Below are positions 29,553-43,705 of a stretch of DNA of 64,000 nt, piece by piece. Under the pieces are notes generated by a model. The model saw only the letters and a program-made list of their open reading frames with translations, did no database searches and was not told the origin of the DNA. Source of the stretch: Eledone cirrhosa. Lineage: Eukaryota. Position 1 is the first letter of the stretch; every line of letters begins with the position of its first letter. The position numbers were made by a program, and so were the translations under genes. The stretch lies in NCBI GenBank assembly GCA_964016885.1, contig OZ024740.1, positions 76,384,001-76,448,000 on the forward strand, read 5' to 3'.

Positions 29553-29560
<8 letters not shown>
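29172..29560. mobile_element. ~390-bp near-perfect palindrome with a hammerhead in each arm
   Basis: ~190-bp arms centred near 29363-29370, with TA tracts on both sides. Confidence 0.88.
29292..29330 (-). ncRNA. Minimal type-I hammerhead (mirror copy at 29403-29441 plus)
   Basis: tgaac-CTGAAGA-t tgc gaaa gca t-GAAA-GTAC-TT-gttca; palindromic stem-III tetraloop (TTAC in the right arm). Confidence 0.72.
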
Positions 29561-29596
<36 letters not shown>

Positions 29597-29597
<1 letters not shown>

Positions 29598-30639
29598 TAG
29601 CAGCAGTACCCACCGTTGCCGGGGTAAGTAAAATAATATCTGCTTTGATGAAAAAGTGTTCATCTTAGCGACTGCTTCTCGATGACTCATCTATGGCCAC
29701 ATACAGGCCATGCGAGGGAGGGTGGTGATGACCTCTATCACTGAGAAACGCGGGTGACTGACGAAGGGGCATGCTGGGGGAGGGAGGTAATGACCTCTAA
29801 CACTAAGCCAAATTTCCTCACGCTACTTGATTAGAGACCGATGAATTCTCAGATACACAATTAAAAGCTCAGACGACGTCAGTGGCCATCGTTTTGCCTT
29901 TGACCATCTATAACATGTGCAATGATATGTTTTATCGTAGTTTAAAAGTTGAATCAAATAAATTGATTTATGTGTGAGGTGGAGTCGAAGTTTCGAATTT
30001 GAACGAAATCGGTTGAAAAATGTGGGAACTAAAGCCGAAAAGGCGGAAATTTGAGCGAAAAGGTGGTATTTTCGAATATTTAAGCGGCTGCCACGCAGTT
30101 CCCGAACAAAATATCCAAAATGACGTAAAATATCCAATTAAAATGACGCAAAATATCCAATTAAGACGTAAAATTATCAGGTCTAGCGTAGTGTAAAATT
30201 TGAACAAAGTAGGTTGATTAATGTGGGAGCTAGAGCCGAAAAAGTGGAAATTTGAGTCTAAAAGTAGTATTTTTGAATATTTAGGCGGCTGCCACATTGT
30301 CCTTGAACAACAAATGCAAAATATAAAACGATTACAGGATGAGCAATGATAAATTTTATCTTGCTTTAAAATTTGAACGAAATCGGTGGCAAAATGTGGG
30401 AGCTAGAGCCCAAAATCTTATTTTTCGATACCTAAAAAAAGGTGACCCTCTTATCAATTTTTATCTGTAGAATGATCCCGGAATAAAAAAAAAACGATAC
30501 GCTGATCTATAGAAAACACTCCCCGATGACTAATCTATGAGACTGTAAAGTTTCATGAAAATCGGTCGTAAGATGTAGGCCCCTATAGGTAATACACACA
30601 CACACACACACACACAAATACTTAATTTTATATATATAC

Positions 30640-30642
<3 letters not shown>
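29597..30642 (-). mobile_element. Non-autonomous Helitron-like element
   Basis: Minus strand starts TC(TGTATATATATAAAA) and ends with GC-rich hairpin ccccggcaacggtggg then CTAG, between A and T; three internal repeats of aatttgaacgaaatcgg...tgtggga. Confidence 0.72.
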
Positions 30643-30674
<32 letters not shown>

Positions 30675-31457
30675 TATATATACACACACTCACACACAAA
30701 CACGCATACATACACATATAAATATGCATATAAACGAACAGTGAAGAATATTCTCCCCACCAAGCAGCTGCACTCGTCTCTCTGACTATATGAGTACTTG
30801 TATGCAAATTTTACATGTGTCTAATCTGCATTGTAAACTACCGTTTGCTTTGCCGAAGGTTTACCAAAACAATATATAACATCGAATCTGTAGTTTATAT
30901 AAAAGCAAAGGAAAGAATTTAAAAAATAAAAATAGTAATAATTACAAATGAAAAAGCTATCCCTTCGATCGAAGATTAGCACTCATATCAGCATCCGCTT
31001 GCCCTTTTATTACAATATCCATTCTCCATTGAAAACTTCTCTTTTTGGTTTCCTGTACACACATACATACATATATATATATATACACATACACATACAC
31101 ACATAAACACACATACACACATACATAAACACACATACACACACACATCCATATATACTTACATACATTCACTCATACATACGCACATATATACACATAT
31201 ACATATATATACATACGTACATCCATATATATATGTGTGTGTGTGTGTGCGTGTGTGTATCTGCAGGCAGCCCACTGTCTGAGTTTCCCTTAATGGTCAT
31301 AGAATATGCAAAAAGTAACACTGAGTTGTCTATTTTTTATCCAAAAGCTGGGATCCCAAGTCGATTGATATTCACACGCTCTGCAACTGTGTTTAAAGAG
31401 ATTATATCATTTGGCTAGTTTGCATTAAGAAGCACACGCTCACAGAGAGAGAGAGAA

Positions 31458-31541
<84 letters not shown>

Positions 31542-31724
31542 TGTGTGTTAGAGAGACACTCTCTCTTTCTCTTTCTCTGTCCCTCTCTTTCATAAACATG
31601 TACACTCACACACATTCTCCCTCACTCTTTCTATTCCACACTCTTTACTTTTTGCTTCTTCTCTTCCATACTGTCCATATTACTATTTATAATCAATTTG
31701 TGATACACACACACACACATATAT

Positions 31725-31787
<63 letters not shown>

Positions 31788-31847
31788 TATATATATATGT
31801 GTGTATATATATATGTATATATACATATATATATGTATATATATATA

Positions 31848-31900
<53 letters not shown>

Positions 31901-32551
31901 ATATATATATGTATATATACATATATACATATATACATATATATATGTACATATGCATATATATATACGTATAGATACATATATATGTATATATACATAT
32001 ATATGCATAAACATATATATACATATATACACACACAGACATATATATATATACATATACATATACATACATACATGTGTAAACAAGTGTAAAGAGTAAA
32101 AAAAAATAACAAGAGCGATAACGACAACAGCAACAATAATATTGTTTTATATTAACAGACTTTTTTTTATATTATATTATCATCATACGTTGCTTTTAGA
32201 TTTACGACATCAACTAAATGGCTTTTTTATACTTGCAAGCTTCCATCATTTCTTTTGCGAGTATCTAGTTATTATGATGACAAATGACAGATTCTTCGTC
32301 ATCAAAGATAATGGCAAGTTGGACATTTTCTAATTTTTGCTTTCCTGCCTTTGTTATATCTGTTTATTAAGGAGATCAATTTGCACGGAGTTCTCTTTAA
32401 ACTAAAGGTCAACTTGCAATAGTTTAATTCACAAAACTAAGTGAACAGTGAACAGAGTAAATGGTAAATGTGACATCAAAGTTGCCCTGATCCAAATCAA
32501 CTTAAAAATCTCAAGGATAATTCTGCAGTCTTTGACGAAATCATTATTATT

Positions 32552-32667
<116 letters not shown>

Positions 32668-32681
32668 TATATATGTATATA

Positions 32682-32722
<41 letters not shown>

Positions 32723-32738
32723 GCATACACACACACAT

Positions 32739-32831
<93 letters not shown>

Positions 32832-32842
32832 GTATATATATA

Positions 32843-32895
<53 letters not shown>

Positions 32896-32920
32896 TATAT
32901 ATATGCATACACACACACAT

Positions 32921-32995
<75 letters not shown>

Positions 32996-33531
32996 TATAT
33001 CTAATTATCTATCTGGTTGGGTTCTGTTTGTCTGAGTGTCTGCCAATCTGTCCCCCTCTCATCCTATCTCATTTTCTCTCATCTTCTATCTATCATAGTA
33101 TTTTGTATGTGTGTGAATGCCTGTGTATATGTATATGTGTGTGTATATATGTGTGTATGCGTGCGTGTATGTACGTGAGAGTGTATAAGTGTTGTTCCTT
33201 TGTGTAAGATATTCGTATTCATAAGCATATTTTTATTCGGGCAACTCACAATGATTATGCCACCCACGCTAAAAACTTTGTGTAGCTTGAGGACCCACCC
33301 TATCAAAGCACACTTTTCTACAAAAGACCTCCTTCCCCACTCCAGTCAAACAGCGAAGGTTATTGAGGATTATATAGAACCGGAAGCCTAAAAGGGCTTG
33401 CAAAGTAGCTGAATATATAAGTCAATCTCTTATTCAATTTAATCTACCGTGAACTTAAAGATACAGTCTGTCTCACAAAAGCAGGAAAGGTTACACTTAT
33501 ATACTTACAGTAACACAATTATTACTACTAC

Positions 33532-33594
<63 letters not shown>

Positions 33595-33595
<1 letters not shown>

Positions 33596-33935
33596 GGATT
33601 GGCAGTATCGGTAGAGGGTCGGACGCCATGCTTTGACCCATAGAGTTACGGCTCTTTCAATTCTCAGTTCAGATCCCGCCGAGGTTAACTTTGCCTTTCA
33701 ACCTTACGGGATCGATAAAATAAAGTACCAGTAATGTACTGGTTAATTACTGGCCTTGTGCCAAAAGTAGAAACAATTATTATTATTGTAAATATGGATG
33801 TTGATTGGCAGAGTCGTTAGAACGTCGGACAAATGCGTAGTAGTATTTTCTCTGGCTCATTACGTTCTGAGTTCACATCCCACCGAGGTTAGCTTTGCCT
33901 TTCATTGTTACGTGGGTCGATAAAATAAAGTAACA
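33595..33935 (+). mobile_element. Two tandem tRNA-SINE copies following an (ATT)n tract
   Basis: 33595-33788 is the young type; ~33800-33935 is an older variant. Confidence 0.85.
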
Positions 33936-33978
33936 GTCAATTATATAAGCATCCACTGCAAACTAGGAAAGGATCCTG

Positions 33979-34026
<48 letters not shown>

Positions 34027-34090
34027 GTATGGCCTTGGATACATTTTATCTAGGTAAAATTTACTGAAACGTATACACACATATGCACAT

Positions 34091-34228
<138 letters not shown>

Positions 34229-34233
34229 ATATC

Positions 34234-34264
<31 letters not shown>

Positions 34265-34268
34265 TTAT

Positions 34269-34408
34269 AACGAAGAAAATGTGGTAAGGAACCAGGTGGA
34301 CCATAACGCACCAAAGTACTCAATACTTAGGGTAGTAGAGTGGGTAATAGGAACAAGTAAGACCCCGACGGCTGAGCTCAAGCCGTTTCGACGGCTAATT
34401 CTGTACTA
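34269..34408. mobile_element. Family P copy, single arm with no fold-back
   Basis: aacgaagaaaatgtggtaagg...gtttcgacggctaattctgtact between TA tracts. Confidence 0.82.
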
Positions 34409-34419
34409 ATATATATATA

Positions 34420-34505
<86 letters not shown>

Positions 34506-34506
<1 letters not shown>

Positions 34507-35283
34507 TAGCAGAATGGCCCGGCGTTGCTCGGGATTTGCTATAGGGTTCTTATATATTTGATATATATTTATCCTTATCGAACCTCGTGAAATAAATACG
34601 TTTGTTTATATTTTGTTATTGTGTATGCAAAAATATCTGTCCATAAATATATAATTATATATATATATATATATATATTAAAATAACAGACTAAAGTTTA
34701 AGCAAAGAATCACGGGATATTCTACCTAAAAGCAGTATGAAGTACATACACTAAGACTAATTGATGTAATCTTTGGCCTTGTTTGTTTATATTTTGTTTT
34801 TGTGTATGCAAAAATATCTGTACACGAATATCTTTATTAAAATAACATATTAATGTTTAAGCAAAGAATCGCTGCTTTCAACCTTAACGGGATCTTCTTA
34901 AACTAAAAAAATCAATCTGGAAAACAGGAAGACGATACTTTGGTTCGTGAAGACGTTCCCTGGCATAAGAATATATATACACACACACACTGATCGCGTC
35001 ATAATGACGTATTGCAGACAGTCAGGCATATAGACAGATATTATGAAGGCGCGACGTCATATCTATGTATCTATCTAAAAAGAGAAAGACTAAGAGAAGG
35101 AGAAAGAGATCGCTAAATCGCCTAATGCGGTCCCTAGGGCATTGAAAATTTGAAATTTGTTTTGCTCAAAACACTTCCGGGGTCATACGAGTTACATGTA
35201 TAAAGTTTGAAAAAAACCGGTTGGGTACTTCTCGAGTTTTAGGGAAACAGACACACAGACATCCTCTGTTTTATATATATAGA
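34506..35283 (-). mobile_element. Non-autonomous Helitron-like element containing family Q fragments
   Basis: Minus strand starts TCTATATATATAAAAC and ends with hairpin cccgagcaacgccggg then CTAG; family Q segments at ~34545-34900. Confidence 0.72.
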
Positions 35284-35517
35284 TATGGAAAAGGATGAAA
35301 CGAAATTTCATTTCTCACTCTTAGTACGGCTGATACTTAAATGTAAGTATGTATATATATATGTATATGAATATATATATATAGATAAAAAATAACAGGT
35401 CCATTCATGTTGACATCTCTTGCAAAACTGTTGGTGCTAACGTTTTGTGTATGATTTATTTTTTTAGAAAAGTGTGTGTAAAAGGTAAAGAGAAAACAGA
35501 AATAACAAAACAAACGG

Positions 35518-35604
<87 letters not shown>

Positions 35605-35608
<4 letters not shown>

Positions 35609-35749
35609 CGTATTTTAGACTAAAGAAATTTCTAGCCTGATAGTGGGGTTTATAACCCTCGGAGAAATGGAAAAAGATGAGTGTTGCCGTACATACTCCC
35701 ATGTACGGCAACACTCATCTAGAAATTTCTTTAGTCTAAAATACGGTGA
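35605..35749. repeat. Nested inverted repeat next to a TA tract
   Basis: Outer ~30-bp arms tcaccgtattttagactaaagaaatttctag and inner 19-bp arms gatgagtgttgccgtacat. Confidence 0.8.
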
Positions 35750-36065
35750 AAGCTTATAATTTCTAATTTCTAATTTCAAACTCGCGCACCGTTTCAAAAA
35801 ACATACTTACATGTTTACGTTTATAATTTGCTTGTTTAACATATATATATATATTTATATATATATTTATATATATATATATATGGAGATAACCCAACAT
35901 AATCAGTAATGCCAATTAATAATATTTTTAAGCTCAATGTATTTATGTCACCAGAGATAGAAATATAGAAGAGATGTTAAGAAAAGAAGAAATGACACAA
36001 AATAATAACACAGTGTATATACACCATATTAAGATGATAGAGTAGATTTCCTAAATTATTTATGA

Positions 36066-36186
36066 ACCTTACAAATGTTTCAATACAATCTATTTGACTA
36101 AAACCTATGTTATAACAGTATACTAAAGGGTGGGAGATATACTCAATATATCAAAGTATCATGAAATATTGTATGTCTTCAGCGGT
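36066..36186 (-). ncRNA. Degenerate hammerhead with a long stem-II insertion
   Basis: accg-CTGAAGA-catacaat[...]attgtatt-GAAA-CATTTG-TA-aggt; core intact, closing pairs mismatched. Confidence 0.45.
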
Positions 36187-36298
36187 AATGTAGATGATAA
36201 AAAAATATACATATTAACCTGTTGAAGAGAAGGTCCAAAGGAAAAGTTTGTTATACCCTCTAAGGACGTCATGAGTCTGGTATGGGAGTTGTAAATTT

Positions 36299-38236
36299 CG
36301 CAATCCCGACCAGGTCTATGCACGACAAACTCCATGTCATGCGATACATCATAGAGAGGGTAGAGTGTAAACCAGACTTCGGTGGGTCTCTGATCAATTT
36401 AGATAAATCGAAGCTTTAGATAAGGTTGACCATCGATATACGGACACTGTCCTCAAGGCAGTCGGCTGCAGTCCCGTCTTCAGAGCTTGGTTTACTGCAA
36501 TGTACAGCAGCATCTGCTCGGTGGTCAGAATCAACAGACACCTATCGGAACTGTTTCAGATCGATGCACTCGGTTCGTCAAGAACGCTGTCTCTCCAGCT
36601 TTCTGTACATACTGACTCTTAATCCACTACTCTTGCAGAGCATCCCGCTAAAACCAGGACGTGGAAGGGGTGGAAGGGGTCTATCGGTATATGCGGACGA
36701 CGGCACCATGGCGACACCACGTTGAACACCTCGGAAACAGAGCTGGTCGGTAACTTCTTAGATGAATTTGAAACGTTGACAGGAGCAAAGATCAGTCAGA
36801 AAACGTCAATGGGTTTGCAGCTCGTTACCTTGAGAGGAAAATCCATGCAGTTCAACAGTGTTGTCGGACGCAGGACGGACGGACTGATGAAGGTAATCGG
36901 AGTCTGGTTTGGGCCAGACCTCCAGGTGGATAAGAACTGGGACAAGGTAATGAGCAGGGTGAACAATCTCATTCAGAAATTGGTCGAGAGGGAGTTATCC
37001 CTGAAAGGTCGGGTGGAGGTAGCGAACGCATATATTATCTCCGTCATCTGTTACTGCCTGACCGTCGTGCTTTGCCCCCGACCACGCCACACCAAATTGG
37101 AGCACCTGTTATTCAGCGTCTTGTAGAAGGGACAGATTACTCAGAGGAGCTGATCCATCTACTGCCAGTACCATCTACGTGAAGGGCTGGGCATGCTGTG
37201 GCTGATAATTCGTACACATGCTCTGAGGCTACGGCATCTCCAGATATTCCTAAACGGCAACCAGGTGTAGTCGCAGTATGTCAGACAGGTCTTTCCGCAA
37301 TTTGACCCTTTGATTAAACTGGGTCAAACGAAGAACAAGACAGTGTGCCTGGCATCTGGAATGATGTCTGTAGTTCACAGACCACCGGGCAATGCGGTCA
37401 GTGAAATTCCACTCTAGCGCTCTATAGAGGACTAGTGGTGGGCAGGTGCAATGACGTTCTCAGAGAGGTTCTGGGCGTTGACAAAATCAAACTGACCAGT
37501 CTGGCTTGGCAGTACTACCGAAGGGCACTGCTGGTTCGAGACAAAATCTACAGACACGCAGATGCAATCATATGGATTTGTCTGAGATGCGCACAGGGCG
37601 ACGAAACGGTTCAGTGGCCGTGCATTATTGACCTGGGGAGTTTTGTCGAATAGCTATTTTCGCGTCTAGGAAGGATACAACTATTGACTGAGTCCATCGG
37701 GAAGATCACCCCGCCGCTTTTTTTTGTTCTGGTCGGAAAGGACAGGCAGTTTTCTTCTGTTTGGTGGCTGTAGTGAAAGAGATTTTGTAGTGGGCGCGAT
37801 GTCAAGGAGTGAAGACAGACACTTTCCTTTTTGACCAAACCCTCATCGCCCTTTTCGAGTTCCACTTGGAAAGGAAGGTGATGGTGGAGAGGGAAGCGCT
37901 GCCACACACCAAATTTGTTAAAAGGTGGGTGAACGTAGCGAGGATGGCCCGAGTAAATGGGACTACTCTAATTATGGGCTTATAATCTGGATAGTTAAAA
38001 GAGGAGAAGGGCGCCCTTCTAGGTTGCTCTTGGAGGGCAGGGTCTTTTAGGATTGGTGGGGTTCTTACGTCACCCCTACGTGGTACTCCTATTGGAGAAT
38101 TTTATTATGTATTTTGTTGTCTGTTTTTACTCAATTTCATGTAAACCCTCATTGTTTTTGTTTTTGTGTTGTCTTTTATGTTTCGGCCCTTGTGGCCAAT
38201 AAAGAAAACTTTATTATTATTATTATTATTATTATT
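36299..38236 (+). mobile_element. Degraded 5'-truncated Tx1-like element ending in (TTA)n
   Basis: IPTRSMHDKLHVMRYIIERV, VYADD, GVWFGPDLQV, CLRC; 3' UTR ends cccttgtggccaataaagaaa then (TTA)n. Homologous to 51-64 kb. Confidence 0.9.
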
Positions 38237-38254
38237 AAGAAATCATTATTATTA

Positions 38255-38574
38255 TGAGGTCGATAAAATAAAGTACCAGTAACGCACTGGGGTCGATTTA
38301 ATCGACTTTTCCCTCCCCTCAAATTAGTGGCCTTGTGCCTATACTAGAAATCATTATTATTATATTATTAAGGGCGGTGGATGGCAGTATCAGTAGAGGA
38401 TCGGACGCCATGCTTTGATGCATAGAGTTACGGCCCTTGCCATTCTGAGTTCAAATCCCGCCGAGGTTAACTTTGTTTTTCATCCTTACGGGGTCGATAA
38501 AATAAAGTACCAGTAATACACTTGGTAATTGCTGGCCTTGTGCCAAAAGTAGAAACAATTATTATTATTATTAT
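38255..38574 (+). mobile_element. Partial and full tRNA-SINE copies in ATT tracts
   Basis: 38255-38365 is a 3' part; 38371-38574 is a full copy. Confidence 0.85.
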
Positions 38575-38709
38575 TGTTAAATTGGTCTTGCCATTGTGCA
38601 CTTTTACTCGAGCTTATTGTAAACCCCTACTGTCCGTGTCTTTGTATTGTCCCCTACATATCGGCCCTTGTGGCCAATAAATTAAATCATTACTACTACT
38701 ACTACTACT

Positions 38710-38758
<49 letters not shown>

Positions 38759-38770
38759 TTACTACTACTA
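38575..38770 (+). mobile_element. Tx1-like 3' UTR fragment ending in (TAC)n
   Basis: tgtaaacccct...tgtattgtcccct...cggcccttgtggccaataaa matches the 3' end at 38140-38205. Confidence 0.7.
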
Positions 38771-39247
38771 TATAGGGATCCTGAAAGTGTGTGGATGTTT
38801 ATGTATTTTAATTATTTCCAAGATGAAACGTTAGTGTTTTTGAGTTCAGTGCAAAAACGAATCAAGGCTAAGATCAGCAGGATATGTAGATGTGTGAGAT
38901 TTATCTAATTACATTTGTAGTTTAGTGTATCATGGGATCGCATGGCTTTCTGATGGTTTCCAGGTGTAAGAATTCTTGGAAGGGAGAAATGAATATAATA
39001 CTTAATAAAGAGTTTAGGAAAACAAAGACATCAGATGAGTATTATTAGTAGATGTATCTATATGTATATATATATATATATAGAGAGAGAGGGGGAGAGG
39101 GGGGTGGGGGTGACTTGATAGACAGCTAGATAAGTATGTAGATGGAAAAGTGGGAAATAGATATATAAATAGTGTGATAAATATTAGATATATAGACAAG
39201 TAGTAAGACAGGTGGATGTATATATATATAAATAGGTAGTTAGATGG

Positions 39248-39354
<107 letters not shown>

Positions 39355-39434
39355 TAAAAGGGATCTATCCAGGAATAACTTGAACCGTTAAGATCTCCTT
39401 CCTGGATATGTCAATATTTATAAAACAAACTTTG

Positions 39435-39495
39435 TATTTTATCTGATGAGAGCGTACCAAAGTTTTGGTACCCTTGAAATATATATAAAAGAATA
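39435..39495 (+). ncRNA. Hammerhead, same family as 42948, with stem I damaged
   Basis: tattttat-CTGATGA-gagcgtaccaaagttttggtaccctt-GAAA-TATATA-TA-aaag. Confidence 0.55.
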
Positions 39496-39537
39496 AATAT
39501 GGTTTTATAAATATAGTTTCCATTTATTTAACATCAT

Positions 39538-39612
<75 letters not shown>

Positions 39613-39760
39613 GACGAATAGTTAAACATATATATATATAAGTAGATGGGCACATAACTAGACAAAAATACTGTATGTATTGATATAACAATATCACAAT
39701 ATATTCATCTAGATGTTTATATATAAATTTCAATATAGATTACTAAGTAAGAAGGTCATA

Positions 39761-39802
<42 letters not shown>

Positions 39803-40406
39803 AGTATAATTAAGGTCTTCGCTTCAGCTATACATATATGTATGTGTATTTTCTATAACTAGCTATATACGGTATGTTTACGAATAAACATTTGAAACCC
39901 TTCAGCTATGAATTTTGGAAGCTGATATATCTATATATATATGGGGTAACAAGTTATCGTTGTAGGTAATCCAGTTAGAGGTTGTGAGTACTCTGCGTCG
40001 TGGATAGTTTTAACGTACGGCTTCGTTTGACTCAACAAGATGTTTCCATAGTTAGGTAGTGAGTTCGCGGTAATTTCTATGCAGGTTATACTTGGTGTAA
40101 TAATAGTGAAAGAATGAAGAGTAACATGGTTGCCTGTACACCATCGAATCCTTATCAGAACACTTACTCACCACCATCACTATCATACTCTGTACTTACA
40201 TGTTCTCACTTATCCTTATTTCTTTCTTTATATTTTCCATTTACTTATTTTTTTAATGTATCTTTTCTTATCTTTTACTTTTTACTTTTTATATCTATAA
40301 CTTCTCTACCTATTTATCATATATATTTTATTATTGATGTTATTGTTTTGATTATACGCTACTCTTCTATATATAACTTGCCTCGAATGAATTATTTTAT
40401 ATCTTC

Positions 40407-40507
40407 GTATTCTGATGAGTTGATCAGAGGTAAATAATGTAATGGAGATCGAGTGACGCGATTAGTGACCGCTAGACTCACCTGATCAATGAAACAATTG
40501 TCAATAC
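40407..40507 (+). ncRNA. Type-I hammerhead with a 54-nt stem-II insertion, within a TA-flanked element (~39944-40564)
   Basis: gtatt-CTGATGA-gttgatcag[54 nt]ctgatcaat-GAAA-CAATTG-TC-aatac; palindromic stem III, GUC site. Confidence 0.85.
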
Positions 40508-40557
40508 CTGAAATAAAGCCCCTTGTTGTACAGCCAACCATGTTACTTTTCATCCTT

Positions 40558-40609
<52 letters not shown>

Positions 40610-40692
40610 CCACCTACCCCCCACTCTCCTGAGCGTGAATTTAATAAACATTTATTGTACTGCCTCTCTGTTCTGTCCCTGTTCAATTTTTC

Positions 40693-40801
<109 letters not shown>

Positions 40802-41117
40802 TTAGATACTGTTATCCGGAGATTTACCCATCTGCATTGTTGAGGCTTCCAAAACAACCAATTTTATCATTCCACAATGCTTCAAGCAAACTTCTACACT
40901 CTCATATATATATATACATACATACATACTCTGCTTCGTAGAATCGAGACGTATCTGAGGTTCTTGCGATTTAGAGTCAGGTTCGATCATTACATCGATC
41001 GTGTCTCGAGCTGGTCGCCAGAGAAACGATTGTAGTATGTCTAATAAATTTTATTCGTCGCAACACTAATTCTCCGTTTCTTATGTGATATATATATATA
41101 TATATTTACACACACAG

Positions 41118-41175
<58 letters not shown>

Positions 41176-41349
41176 TTAATACAATAACAGAGATAGTTTA
41201 AAGCTATTCTATGACTGGTAACCATCTCACTCAACAAACATTAGGTTATATTAAAATATAAACCCAATTTAAGTGTTCGGGGTGCTAACAATATGTATAA
41301 TGTGGAAAAACCAGTTGTATTATTTTATGAGATATAATTAAAGTTAAAG

Positions 41350-41464
<115 letters not shown>

Positions 41465-42238
41465 GTATATATATATATACATATATATATACATATTTAA
41501 GTAGGTGAAGGTATATTCAATGCTTAGCATATTAAAAACAAACGGAAAATTATACGGTAAAGCACTGGATTAGTTTATGATTTATAATATTATCTTAACT
41601 ATGGAAGTATTCTTAGGTTTCTTTATTTCAGGAGCACTCCAGAGAAGTCCAGAATTATCAACAATCAAATAACTTAGTAAACGTTGGTAAGCCGAACGCT
41701 CTAAGCACTAAGTCACGAACCTTCCCAAGGATGTGACAGTGGCGCGTAAACTGATGGAAGTAGTACATTTTGGGGAGTGGCAGTAATATATAAATCTGAT
41801 GGTAATGGTTGAGAGGAAACAAATTATAGCATGAGACCAAAATGAGAAAATCCATTCTATCATTCGCAATCTCTGTCAAAGGACAAAAGACTGAAATGTT
41901 TGTTTCTTTCTTCGCTGTAATTAAATAGTTTTATTTTATATCATTAAGAATAAATTCACTTTTATGTTTCGGCTTAATGAAGTTCAATATTAGATAGTGT
42001 TTTACCAATGTATCTTGCACAATACAATAGGATATTACTGAAATAAAACAATGATCTCATTCACAAACTCTCTTATTTTATGTAGAGTTCATTCGAGAGA
42101 TTTACTGCTTTTAAGAATATATGATTACATTAATATTTCAAAACGGCATTGGGAAATCATTTTTCGCAACACGAGAGGAAATACAGAAAAAATAACTTGT
42201 TTCAGCAAATTCTTATGAAGTTTGGTGGTATATATTGC

Positions 42239-42337
<99 letters not shown>

Positions 42338-42673
42338 TTAAAGATATATGTATATAGTCATATATCATCAGAGAAACACATAGTACTTTGTACATATATA
42401 TAAATATATATAAAGCATATAATATTTGGGAAACAGTATATACTTTAAGGTGGAACATGATAACTTTTCAACCTTAAAGTATATACTGTTTCCTAAATAT
42501 TGTATGCTTTATATATATGTACAAAATACTATGTGTTTCTTTAATTATATATGGCTATATACAGATATCTTTCAACTTGAATCATTGATGCTCTGGACAA
42601 ATGTCTATTGAGCTTTTCTACTGAGAAAAATATTCATTAAACATATTTTTTATGTTGATACTTTAGATTAGGG

Positions 42674-42815
<142 letters not shown>

Positions 42816-42947
42816 GAAGTTGTATTTAATTTGTTGTAATTCCAACAAACGTAAATGTTTATAACTGATTTAGAGCACTCAACAAGTTACTGGAGTAAAT
42901 ATTCCATGATATTAAATAAATGGAAACTATATTTATAAAACAACATT

Positions 42948-43012
42948 TATTTTATTATATATATTTCAAGGGCAACCAAGCCAACCTTGGTGCGCTTTCA
43001 TCAGATAAAATA
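42948..43012 (-). ncRNA. Type-I hammerhead ribozyme
   Basis: tattttat-CTGATGA-aagcgcaccaag gttgg cttggttgccctt-GAAA-TATATA-TA-ataaaata; 8-bp stem I. Confidence 0.75.
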
Positions 43013-43092
43013 CAAAATTTGTTTTATAAATAAAGACCTACCCATGAAGATTCAACCTTATCGGTCGGAAATTCATATATATATATAAATGT

Positions 43093-43185
<93 letters not shown>

Positions 43186-43388
43186 TGTGTTAAGTATTTC
43201 CGTAGAACAGGTAAAGGAAAGAAGAGTGCTCTATGTACAGTACAGAGCTATTTAATTACATAATAAACAACAGAATATAATTATTCCATTATTAAAGGTT
43301 TGAAGAAACTAGACGATCCTTACAGAAACGACCAGCCTGTTCATCAGATGAAATAGTTATCTATTGTTAACTATATTGTGTTGTTTAT

Positions 43389-43440
<52 letters not shown>

Positions 43441-43445
<5 letters not shown>

Positions 43446-43641
43446 AAAACCACAGACCCTCCATCTCAACTCTACTTTTGAAAACCAGAAGAACTGCGAA
43501 ACCGGTAAAGGAACCAAATAAATATATATATTTTTTAAAAACTAAGACTCCAGTTGCATTTTCGATTTCATCTTTTTTTCTTTATACTTTCACTCGTGTA
43601 GGACACCTCGGTTATTTCTCATTTTGTAAAAAAAACCTCAC

Positions 43642-43647
<6 letters not shown>
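43441..43647 (+). mobile_element. Family R copy, unfolded form
   Basis: gagaaaaaccacagaccc...ttttgaaaaccagaagaactgcgaaaccggtaaagg...cctcactttcta between TA tracts. Confidence 0.8.

Positions 43648-43705
<58 letters not shown>

Noticed and set aside
41631-41880. Possible host exon; splice-like signals on both strands
   Set aside because: No recognisable protein or partner exons; needs RNA-seq.
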